Assembly: GCA_965238175.1 (NCBI GenBank)
Contig: CBDEGZ010000003.1
Location: 704,001-768,000 of the forward strand
Length of the DNA stretch: 64,000 nucleotides
Direction of reading: 5' to 3'
Source: Gammaproteobacteria bacterium
GTDB lineage: Bacteria > Pseudomonadota > Gammaproteobacteria > CAJXQU01
Each line of letters opens with the position of its first letter. Positions within the stretch are counted from its first letter, which is position 1. Position numbers and translations under genes: made by a program. This document shows positions 1-8,389 of the stretch, piece after piece. Below the pieces are notes generated by a model, which saw only the letters and a list, made by a program, of their open reading frames with translations, was not told the origin of the DNA and searched no databases.

Positions 1-1
1 G

Positions 2-610
2 GCGAGTACCAATATGTTTCTGATCGCGCTTGGATCAATTATTGTCACCGCTGCTGTTACTAGATTTGGGGAAGATGCTGTCGCTGGGTTAGGTATTGCG
101 CTAAGAATAGAACAACTGGTCATCTTGCCTACAGTCGGTATTAACATTGCTGTGTTATCTATAGTTAGTGTGAATTTTGGTGCCAAGCAGTTTGATCGAA
201 TGGAAAAGGTTGCGTTTGATTCGATTAAAATGGGTGTCGGGTTAATGGTGTTAGGTGGCATATTCGTGTTTATTTTTGCTCGTCCGCTTATCGCAATATT
301 TACTGATGATGCTAACGTGATAGATATCGGTGTTGGCTATTTACGTGTTGAAGCGATAATTTTACCCGCGTATGTATTGTCTTTTGTTTCTGGCGCAGTG
401 TTACAAGGAATGAAGCAGGCTGTGATCCCTATGTATTTTAATTTTATTCGACAGTTAGTTTTGCCGTCTTTATTTATAGTGATTTCTCTGACTATTTTAA
501 AGACAGGTATCTTTGGTATTTGGTGGTCTATTGCAACGGCGAGCTGGTTAACTGTGCTTTTACAATTTACTCATATGCGAGGTCGTGTAAAAGAGCGAGC
601 CAGCCTTTAG
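2..610 (+). CDS. MATE family efflux transporter, C-terminal part (5' end outside window)
   Basis: Frame open from the window edge; motifs FGEDAVAGLGIALRIE, VNFGAKQFDR, GAVLQGM typical of the second MATE repeat. Confidence 0.85.
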   Translation, partial: ASTNMFLIALGSIIVTAAVTRFGEDAVAGLGIALRIEQLVILPTVGINIAVLSIVSVNFGAKQFDRMEKVAFDSIKMGVGLMVLGGIFVFIFARPLIAIFTDDANVIDIGVGYLRVEAIILPAYVLSFVSGAVLQGMKQAVIPMYFNFIRQLVLPSLFIVISLTILKTGIFGIWWSIATASWLTVLLQFTHMRGRVKERASL

Positions 611-911
611 AAATAGACCGTATGGTAAGAATATAGAGAAATTAAAGGGGAGCACGAGCTAATTGTTTCTGTTTCAGATCTAAGGTGAGAGACTGTTGAA
701 ATATTGATTCGATAAATAAAGTACTTTACAAAGGCGGCTTCCAAATCTATAAAAGCGACATAAACCTTTTTACAGCTTATAGACCAGACGGAATGAGGGT
801 GAATTTTTGGTGGTACGTAATCTAGAAGCTTAATCGGTGTTAATATCACTAAAGTGAGGCACGTTGTTGAACCTAATAATATATAGAAGAATTTCAAGAG
901 ATATTTCCTTA

Positions 912-1397
912 ATGAAGAACAACATAATTAATCGATTCATAGTTTTGTTGGCATTGATCCATCCCTATTCTGTACTGGCAGAAGAAAGCTGGTTCAACTA
1001 TGACCACCTTTATCTTCAGGCGGGATCCTATGTCCATTTTAGTCAAAATGACGATCATTCTGGAAGCAGATTTTTGATCAGCCTAGAAGCCGTAAAATCT
1101 AATGATTGGTTATACGGAGTATCACTCTTTGACAATTCCTTTGGTCAATTTTCACAGTATTTATATACAGGAAAAAGCTGGGATTATCATGATACTTGGG
1201 AAGGTTTTCACACTAAGTTAACCGTTGGATTAATTCACGGATATAAGGATGAGTACCGCGACAAAATTCCTTTAAATAATAGTGGAATAGCGCCTGCTAT
1301 TATTCCAGGGGTCGGATATAAAAAAGGACGTTTTGGCGGAGACATGATTTTTTTAGGATTTAATGCGCTGTTGTTTACAGTAGGGATGGATTTCTAA
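912..1397 (+). CDS. Secreted/outer-membrane beta-strand protein (DNSFGQ motif family, distantly PagP-like; function uncertain)
   Basis: Signal peptide MKNN...VLAEE, aromatic-rich beta strands, C-terminal Phe; ATG at 912 preferred over 864. Confidence 0.5.
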   Translation: MKNNIINRFIVLLALIHPYSVLAEESWFNYDHLYLQAGSYVHFSQNDDHSGSRFLISLEAVKSNDWLYGVSLFDNSFGQFSQYLYTGKSWDYHDTWEGFHTKLTVGLIHGYKDEYRDKIPLNNSGIAPAIIPGVGYKKGRFGGDMIFLGFNALLFTVGMDF

Positions 1398-1481
1398 CTG
1401 AATTGCATTCAGTTTTTGAGGATTTATATTAAAAGCAAGGATATTAGTCGACATTATTTGTCTACCTTAACCTGAACTCGA

Positions 1482-1694
1482 TGTATGGACTCGTTTGGTT
1501 TGGTTACTCCACGCTACTTTAGTAGGGTGGGGAAGTCCATACATCGGGTTAATTACATGGTGGATAACTTTCTCTTCCGCATTAAAATGATCCGAACCAG
1601 CAATGGCCATGAATTTCAAACCAGGCTTCATTGGCATGTTTCAGATCTCGGTATAATCAAACCCGCTACGCCACGATTAAACGGTAAAGTAGAA
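1482..1694 (+). pseudogene. IS481-family transposase remnant
   Basis: TGT-starting end at 1482; translation IRTSNGHEFQ..HWHVSDLG..KPATPRLNGKVE matches the IS481 integrase core with deletions. Confidence 0.7.
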
Positions 1695-2046
1695 CACTTG
1701 GCCAGAATCTAGATGAATCTGGAGCCAATGCTTCATCGATCAAAAATAAGTTATCGCTTTCATCTACCCCAAATTCAAATTTGGTCTCGGCAATAATAAT
1801 GCCTTTTTCAAGAGCATACTCAGCGGCTTCTTTATAAAGCTGTAAGCTAACCTCTTTTACTTGAGATGCTTTGTCAGTTGTTGAGCTTGTTTTAATCCTG
1901 TAGCCAATTTAATATCACACACGGCTCCTGAATTTTGATAATCTTTCCAACCAGATCCGATCAAATAACCACGGACAATTGCTTCGACAGGAAGTGGTTT
2001 GAGTTTCTTAACGACAATTGCACGGCCATTTACTTGATCGAATTCT
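1693..2046 (-). pseudogene. purC: SAICAR synthetase fragment with internal deletion
   Basis: [19 protein letters not shown] in one frame and LQLYKEAAEYALEKGIIIAETKFEFG..LIDEALAPDSSRFWP in another, joined near 1872. Confidence 0.85.
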
Positions 2047-2102
2047 TTTTTTCGCACAAAAGGTGACAGGTTGCGGAGTCAGATTGCATGTCCTTGTTAT
2101 GG
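2047..2102 (-). repeat. Truncated attC site (5' half only)
   Basis: Minus strand CCATAACAAGGACATGCAATCTGACTCCGCAACCTGTCACCTTTTGTGCG follows stop codons and is then cut off by the purC fragment. Confidence 0.5.
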
Positions 2103-2417
2103 CTATTTTTGGTAACCACTGATAGTTACCCCCGTTTCATCTTCAATAAGCGGTAACTGTCCTAAACTACGCAATGAATTCTAAATACCTAGTGTCATCG
2201 TTGTATTTTCTGCCTGTGTGGAGTTCTCGTTTTTCTTTGTATCTAGGGCATCGTATTACGAATATTTCTTTCAAAAAAAGGCCCATGAGCAGTACAATCT
2301 GTTGTGTGGTCACCCTCAGCACCTCCTTTCTACAAGCCATGATGTCTCTTTTTATGTAAGGGACACGTACCTTTTGCACGTCCCAGTGAGCGATAGTGAA
2401 CACATTTTCTTTTTGGA

Positions 2418-2486
2418 ACATAACGCCGCCATAATTTGTCAGCTGGAGCGCAGCATAAGATAGTCAAGTTGATGGCCTTGTTATGT
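2418..2486 (-). repeat. Integron attC site
   Basis: 69-bp imperfect palindrome ACATAAC...GTTATGT overlapping the 3' end of the upstream ORF (ends HITRPST*). Confidence 0.8.
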
Positions 2487-2865
2487 GCTGTTGTTTATAA
2501 CGAGTAGTAATTTCACCAGCTTTATCTCTAAACTTAAAAATATTCGAATTTATTTCTACAATTTCATCACACCAATTCAAACCAACAGGTATAAACTCAG
2601 GGATAGAAGATTTCTTTATTGTTACACAATGCAACAAGACTTCTTCTTTTTTTATTACGTAATTAGCTTCTACATTGTAACTTACAGAAGATCCAGGAAC
2701 TGTCCCCCACACTATTAGTGTCTCATCGGGCAAATACTCATAAAACCCCCAAAAGGACTTTCCTCCATCATCAGAAGCACCCCAAATACCAATAAAATCT
2801 TTATTTTGGATGTCAGTACACCCAAATAAAAAGCTTGCCACAATAAATATTATATAAAATTTCAT
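2464..2865 (-). CDS. Integron cassette lipoprotein, unknown function
   Basis: Lipobox FLFGC after MKFYIIFIVAS; flanked by attC sites. Confidence 0.7.
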   Translation of the reverse strand: MKFYIIFIVASFLFGCTDIQNKDFIGIWGASDDGGKSFWGFYEYLPDETLIVWGTVPGSSVSYNVEANYVIKKEEVLLHCVTIKKSSIPEFIPVGLNWCDEIVEINSNIFKFRDKAGEITTRYKQQHITRPST

Positions 2866-2879
2866 TAATTCTCTCTTAC

Positions 2880-2951
2880 ACATGGCGCTGCTCTCCGCGG
2901 CAACTCTGGAGCACAGTGGTGAAGTTGTCCGACAGCAGCGTTTTGTTAAAT
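2880..2951 (-). repeat. Integron attC site with mutated R' box
   Basis: ATTTAAC AAAACGCTGCTGTCGGACAAC...GTTGCCGCGGAGAGCAGC GCCATGT; GTT changed to GCC; the upstream ORF remnant ends with TAA inside R''. Confidence 0.7.
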
Positions 2952-3250
2952 GCTTGATATGACAAACTTAAGATCATATCCATTAAAATTATGGTTTGAC
3001 CACTTTTCTACAGCCAGTAAAATTACCTTACCTCCATTTTTTTCAGAAAACGACTCACCTTGGAAAATAGCGCTTTTCATCTCTTCGGATAGGGACTGAT
3101 TTAAGCTAGAGAGGCCTAAAATGTAGTGGCATAGTTAAATTGGCCATCTAATTTAGTCAACCCTAAAAAAACAAACTAACCCATAGAATATGTTAACAAA
3201 GACTCAGCAACAAGATGACCCAATCGACCAGCGATAATATAATGTAAGCT
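2946..3250 (-). pseudogene. Degenerate cassette ORF
   Basis: Open stretch ...SLSEEMKSAIFQGESF...YDLKFVISSI* stops inside the attC R'' box; upstream part is interrupted. Confidence 0.45.
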
Positions 3251-3327
3251 CCTTCTCTAGTCGAAATGCTGACCAAAAGCCGTGCTGGTGGTTTTCAACC
3301 GAGTTTGTTTGGGAATAACTAAATAAT

Positions 3328-3996
3328 ATGAAATACTTAATAATAATTTTTTGTTTTATAGCAAATGATATTTCAGCAGAAGAAAGCATTTGTTTTGGTA
3401 CAACTTCAAATGGAAGATTAGAAAAGGGAGTTCAATTACCTTCGGAAGGAAAAAATTATATTAGCTACAGTTCGCTTGCACGTTTCGCTGGACGAACCTA
3501 TGTACACTCTTCAGTAAGGTCGATAATAGTCAATGCATATAAAACACTAGAGAAAGAACAATCAGATAAAGTATACAAATATGCTGAAACAGGCACGAAA
3601 AATGGTGGGCAATTTAAACCGCATAAAACACATCAAAATGGACTCTCAGTTGATTTTATGACGCCAGTTACAAACATGAAAGGTAAGTCTGTTCATTTAC
3701 CAACAAATCCATTGAATAAATTGGGTTACAACATAGAGTTTGATTCTAAAGGACAGTATAAAAAACTACTGATTGATTACGATGCACTGGCAGCACATCT
3801 TGTTGCACTTCACAAAGAAGCAACATCTCAAGGGTATGATATTTGGCGTGTTATATTTGATCCAAAACTTCAACAATATTTATTTAAGACCATATATGCT
3901 GATTATCTTAAAAAGAATATAAGCTTTTCAAAAAAGAGATCTTGGGTAAGGCATGATGAACACTATCATGTTGATTTTGCAATACCGTGTCGATAG
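3328..3996 (+). CDS. Penicillin-insensitive murein endopeptidase (MepA/M74-like)
   Basis: Signal peptide; GTTSNGRL, PHKTHQNGLSVDF and HDEHYHV zinc-peptidase motifs. Confidence 0.8.
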   Translation: MKYLIIIFCFIANDISAEESICFGTTSNGRLEKGVQLPSEGKNYISYSSLARFAGRTYVHSSVRSIIVNAYKTLEKEQSDKVYKYAETGTKNGGQFKPHKTHQNGLSVDFMTPVTNMKGKSVHLPTNPLNKLGYNIEFDSKGQYKKLLIDYDALAAHLVALHKEATSQGYDIWRVIFDPKLQQYLFKTIYADYLKKNISFSKKRSWVRHDEHYHVDFAIPCR

Positions 3997-4214
3997 AAGT
4001 TCATTAAAAAATCGGGGAGCTTTTGCTCCCCTTTTTCTTGCTCCTGATTAAGATTGTTATCTTCCAAATCATCCAACCATTCATTGATGGCAGAATTTAC
4101 CGAAAGCCTCGACCGAACACGTTGTCCGGTTTTTGACTTTGTGTGAGCACCGCCTTTACGTAGTAGAGGTGATTGGGCTACAGGATTCCTGATAGTTATA
4201 TTTCGTCTTGGCAT
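3966..4214 (-). CDS. Small basic protein, candidate alternative ribosome-rescue factor
   Basis: Strong RBS AAGGAG; basic N-terminus RNPVAQSPLLRKGGAH; internal terminator before the stop codon. Confidence 0.6.
   Translation of the reverse strand: MPRRNITIRNPVAQSPLLRKGGAHTKSKTGQRVRSRLSVNSAINEWLDDLEDNNLNQEQEKGEQKLPDFLMNFYRHGIAKST
4006..4036. terminator. Bidirectional intrinsic terminator inside the 3966..4214 ORF
   Basis: AAAAAATC-GGGGAGC-TTTT-GCTCCCC-TTTTT; U-tracts on both strands. Confidence 0.75.
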
Positions 4215-4235
4215 AGTGTTGTCTCCTTATAGTCA

Positions 4236-4379
4236 GTACTCTAACCCGCAGGGCGCTACCGTAGTGCACCGAAACGACGTTGCAGTGCTTGAGAATAGAA
4301 CGCTATTCCCCGCGCACTGCGCCTTGATGCGAAACACCACGATAACGCTGAATACGTCAATATCAACTGGTTAGAGTAC
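4236..4379. repeat. ERIC-like palindromic miniature element
   Basis: Terminal IR GTACTCTAACC/GGTTAGAGTAC; nested stems GCAGTGC/GCACTGC and GAATAG/CTATTC. Confidence 0.7.
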
Positions 4380-5309
4380 AAGTTTGTACCATGCAACTTG
4401 TTTCAAGCTGCGCTTTTTTCGAATGAAGAAACGATCTTCTTTAATAAAGTCTGGATCTTTATCCGTCATTTGAAAACAGAATTTTCTAGGCAGATCTGAA
4501 TAGATTGAACGCGGTGGTGCTCCACCATCAATCTGCTTTATTTTCTGTCCAGTTTCATGGGTATGATAATAAATATTTTTGATCCCAAGTTCAGTATAGA
4601 TGAAGTCTATTGCCGCTGTCAGCATAGCTTCTGACCATAGATCGTAAAATGGTTTCAGTACTTTTTCAGCATAGGTAATAAAGTCTTCAGGCTTGCATCT
4701 ACACCAATCAAGGTACCAAGGAGCCAGACCTTTCTTTATACCATGTAAACAATATTTTACTCTACGCACCCAATCACTTTGTATTTCTTCGATTAATGCT
4801 TCACCACTGTCCAGATCAAAATCGATGCGTGCCCAGGCGAGTGTATCGCGGTATAGATCACGTTTTTCTCTATTCATTACTGGATGTTCACAATAGTTAA
4901 AAACGTAGTCGTCTTCCGGCCTAACCAACTTGTGATATGAGCGGTTATGCTTTTCCGAAAAATTCAGTTGAAGAACCAAGTTACAGCCTTTGCGTGTGGT
5001 TTGATAATTCCAACGATTGCTATCACCAAATTTATCAACCGTTAATACAAAAACTTGGCTGTTTTCCTTCCAGGCATGCTCAAATAATTCCGATTTTAGT
5101 TTGCCGTTGCCTAGAGAAGCCAGCAATCTTTTTATATCTTGCTGATTCAATAGGTGTTGATATTGTGATCGTTTGATCGCACTGACACTTTCTTTTTCTT
5201 TAGTTGCGTAAGCAAGCAGGAAAAAAGCGTACTGCCCTTTGAAGTAGTGAAATAATGTTCGTTCTTCTGGGAAGCAGGCAATAACTTCATCTAAGATCTC
5301 TTTCTTCAT
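4371..5309 (-). CDS. Hypothetical protein with LIEEIQSDW motif and GNAT-like C-terminus
   Basis: Long ORF in the rtcB operon; WSEAMLTAAIDFIYTELGIKNIYY...IYSDLPRKFCF resembles RimJ/L-type GNAT motifs (inference); start chosen at MKKEIL. Confidence 0.7.
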   Translation of the reverse strand: MKKEILDEVIACFPEERTLFHYFKGQYAFFLLAYATKEKESVSAIKRSQYQHLLNQQDIKRLLASLGNGKLKSELFEHAWKENSQVFVLTVDKFGDSNRWNYQTTRKGCNLVLQLNFSEKHNRSYHKLVRPEDDYVFNYCEHPVMNREKRDLYRDTLAWARIDFDLDSGEALIEEIQSDWVRRVKYCLHGIKKGLAPWYLDWCRCKPEDFITYAEKVLKPFYDLWSEAMLTAAIDFIYTELGIKNIYYHTHETGQKIKQIDGGAPPRSIYSDLPRKFCFQMTDKDPDFIKEDRFFIRKKRSLKQVAWYKLVL

Positions 5310-5382
5310 AATCGTAAGTCTCATTCAATTCTTGTAAAATAAATTTGTAGTTTTGTATTGTTAAGTCTTTATGAATAATCAT
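5287..5382 (-). CDS. 31-aa small ORF MIIHKDLTIQNYKFILQELNETYDYEERDLR
   Basis: AGGAGA RBS; overlaps the start of the next gene; below the ORF-track size cutoff. Confidence 0.5.
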   Translation of the reverse strand: MIIHKDLTIQNYKFILQELNETYDYEERDLR

Positions 5383-5407
5383 ATTTTTCTCCTATTTAAA
5401 AAAATAA

Positions 5408-6599
5408 TTAACCTTTAACGCATACGATTTGTTTTAACGTATGCACTATTTCTACTAGATCATTTTGATGTTCCATTACCTTGTCGATGTCTTTATAGGC
5501 CGCGGGAATTTCATCTATAATTCCTTTGTCTTTACGACATTCAACACCTTCTGTTTGTGTGATCACATCTTCTTCCACAAATTGACGTTTAGCTGCGCTA
5601 CGACTCATTTTTCGTCCAGCGCCATGCGAGCAAGAGTGGAATGATTGTGCATTTCCTTTTCCCCGAACAATAAACGATTTGGCTCCCATACTGCCGGAGA
5701 TAATCCCTAGTTCATCCAACCTAGCTTGGATAGCGCCTTTGCGTGTTAGAAAAACGCGCTCACCGAAATGGACTTCTTGAGAGACATAGTTGTGATGACA
5801 GTTGATCGCTTGTTTCGTAATACCAAACTTGGGTAATTTTTTACGTAATGTTTTGACGATCAAGTGCATCATTTCACGTCGGTTGGCCATTGCGTAATCC
5901 TGCGCCCATTCAACGGCTTGTACATAGTCATCAAAGTACTTTGAACCTTCCGTGAAATAGGCAAGGTCTTTATCTGGTAGATTTATATGATGTTGGCTCA
6001 TGTCTTTTTTTGCGAGAGCAATAAAATACTGGCCAATAACATTTCCTACACCGCGACTACCGGAATGCAACATGATCCAAACATCATCTTTTTCATCCAG
6101 ACACAGCTCGATAAAATGATTACCACCACCCAAAGTACCAATCTGTCGTATCCATGTTTGGTATGGTCTTTTCTGCATGGAATAGATTTTTTTATGCTTA
6201 CCGATAATTTGATCGAGCCCACCGCTCAGCGCACGAATAGTTGACTGACGCGCTCGATCAACTTTATGCATATTAAATCCTACCGGGATAGCTTCTTCGA
6301 TTGCCAGGCGAACCGCACGTAAATTATCCGGTAGATCTTTTGCCTTGATCGACAAACGTAAAGCATTCATGCCACAGCCGATATCCACACCGACAGCTGC
6401 AGGAATGATCGCTCCCTTAGTCGGAATGACCGAACCTACGGTTGCGCCTTTCCCCAAATGGACATCTGGCATTGCCGCAATATGACTATGGATAAAGGGC
6501 AATTGCGAAAGATTATAAAGCTGTTGCATTGTAGACGGCTCTACCTCGTCGGTGTAGATCTTGACGGGCACTTTACCTTTACTAATTGTTTTTTGAATA
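5408..6599 (-). CDS. rtcB: RNA ligase RtcB; start codon (7712) separated from the body by IS30
   Basis: MPDVH, GVDIGCG, GTLGGGNHF, HSGSRG, CHHNY, SCSHGAGR, YKDI and C-terminal VKG motifs. Confidence 0.95.
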
Positions 6600-7705
6600 T
6601 GGCGGTTTCAAGTTCCAAGTGCGCCATTAACGGCTTTCAAAAAGACCTCTTCCGGTGTTCGATAGTTGAGTGATTTACGAGGTCGTTGATTAATTAATGT
6701 AACGGCTTTTTTAATCTGCCTTTTTGTTACTTTACGGAAGTCCGTGCCTTTTGGAAAGTAACGTCGTAACAAGCCGTTGGTTTGCTCATTTGTACCACGC
6801 TCCCAAGGGGAGTATGGATGCGTAAAATAAACGGACATTTGTTTACTTTGTGCTATTTCATGATGCCGTACATTTTCACTACCATTGTCCAAAGTCAGTG
6901 TCTTACACAACGTCTCTGGAATGGATTTAAAACATTTCTTAGTGGCCATGGTAAACGTATCTGCACAGCCATCCATTAATTTCTCAGCAAGCAAAAAACG
7001 ACTCTTACGTTCGACATGCGTCGCTAATCCACCCCCGCCTTTGCATCCTTCAACCGTATCACCTTCCCAATCGCCCAGTCGGTTACGTCTGTCGACAACA
7101 GTAGGACGTTCTTCAATACAAACGCGGCCAGGGATATGGCTTCGCTTACCTGCTGGGCGCTGTCGTTTACGTTTGTTATGTTGAGAGCTCAAGCAAGTAT
7201 ATAACTCACCTCCATCAAACGCATCTCGATAGATCCACTGATAAATACATTCTGTACTGACGTACCTTTTAGTCGTTGTTCGTTTCAAATAACCGCTGAT
7301 GGCATCGGGCGACCAATGTTGATGCAATGTTGATGTAAGTGTTTCTGAACAAATTCGTAAAGAGATGCATTATCACGTTTTCGATAATGGCGAGCCTGTG
7401 TCTTACGAAGACAGGCTTGTCTATCAGCAAATTCGTTACAGTAAGATAAGTTTCGTAGGCGACCATTGCGTGTGACTTCTCGGGCAATGGTACTGTGGTG
7501 ACGATTGAGACGTCGTCCAATGTCTCGATAGCTTAATCCCCAGTGCAATAAATACATTAAGGTGTGACGTTCTTTTGCGCTAAAATGATGATAAGGCATG
7601 GCTTTTTCTCCAATAGAATAAGATCTCGACAATCTCATTCTAGCAAGACGGAAAGTCATGTCTTTTTAATCACGGCTAGTGGCGCGCTTTGGAGTTGAAA
7701 CCGCC
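6600..7705 (-). mobile_element. IS30-family insertion sequence
   Basis: IRs TGGCGGTTTCAAGTTCCAAGTGCGCCA / TGGCGCGCTTTGGAGTTGAAACCGCC; TA direct repeat at 6598-6599 and 7706-7707. Confidence 0.9.
6608..7599 (-). pseudogene. IS30 transposase, frameshifted
   Basis: HTH N-terminus (MPYHHFS..STIAREV) plus GDWEGDT, TLDNGSE, PWERGTNE; 11-bp tandem duplication at 7314-7335 shifts the frame. Confidence 0.9.
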
Positions 7706-8137
7706 TAGGCATAACTGTTTACCTCGCTTTGTCCCTGCAGCAGATAAAATTTCAGTGCAGGCACACGTTTTCGTTCAATAGATTTCGCAATCGCAGAACG
7801 AAGATAGCCCTGTATTGCGTGTAGTTTATTTATTACCTGATCCTTGTTTACCACCTGATCTACATTGATCTGACGAATAGATACAAAAAGGAATTGACCT
7901 TCTTCATTTGACTTGACAGCAACGACTTCCAAGTTCTGCAGCATTGGATCATGAAGTCCTCCAGATAAAACGATAGACAATGTTTTTCTCGCCACAGTAC
8001 ATAGTTGTCGGCTTTTATGGCTACTGTTTTTTTATATCTGACGCTCTAGCTAGATAACGTGGATCAACACCGTCTTCAGGGCCGAATTCATCACATAATT
8101 TTTTGGCTCCTATGAGCCAGTTTTTTGATTGTTTCAT
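7705..8137 (-). pseudogene. Atypical ribosome-binding factor A-like protein, frameshifted at an A7 run
   Basis: Deleting one A at 8027-8033 gives MKQSKN..GPEDGVDPRY..SRQLCTVARKTLSIVLSG..DP..GYLRSAIAKSIERKRVPALKF (RbfA C-terminal signature). Confidence 0.75.
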
Positions 8138-8142
8138 TTAAA

Positions 8143-8266
8143 CTCCTACCGAAAAAATGAACGGCCTTAAAAGCAAACGAAATAGCTTGCAGCCAAAAAT
8201 TTCAGCAAATATAAAAAGTATTAAGTAGGAGCCCGGTCCAGACGACCGGTAAAAAGTTACCGGAAG
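8143..8266 (-). promoter_or_regulatory. Putative translational attenuator
   Basis: Mutually exclusive hairpins CCGGTAA/TTACCGG and CCGGTC/GACCGG; anti-SD CTCCTAC (8225-8231) complementary to SD GTAGGAG (8143-8149). Confidence 0.55.
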
Positions 8267-8307
8267 GTAAGAGACACGAGGCTCATGAGTGTTCGATTTA
8301 AAATCAT
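8257..8307 (-). CDS. 16-aa leader peptide MILNRTLMSLVSLTFR
   Basis: AGGAGG RBS; stop codon sits in hairpin CCGGTAA/TTACCGG. Confidence 0.6.
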   Translation of the reverse strand: MILNRTLMSLVSLTFR

Positions 8308-8360
8308 TCAGTTCCTCCTGTTGTTTGGCCTGTTAATTGGTAGTTAAAAGATGGAGCGGG

Positions 8361-8389
8361 AATCTACACCTTAATTGTTTTTCTGTCAA
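8361..8389 (-). promoter_or_regulatory. Sigma70 promoter
   Basis: TTGACA-17 bp-TAGATT. Confidence 0.7.

Noticed and set aside
607-897. 96-aa minus-strand ORF
   Set aside because: No recognisable motif or RBS; lies in AT-rich intergenic DNA and cannot be supported.
2167-2463. Three overlapping short ORFs
   Set aside because: They fall in a decayed cassette between attC sites; none has a convincing start or family motif.
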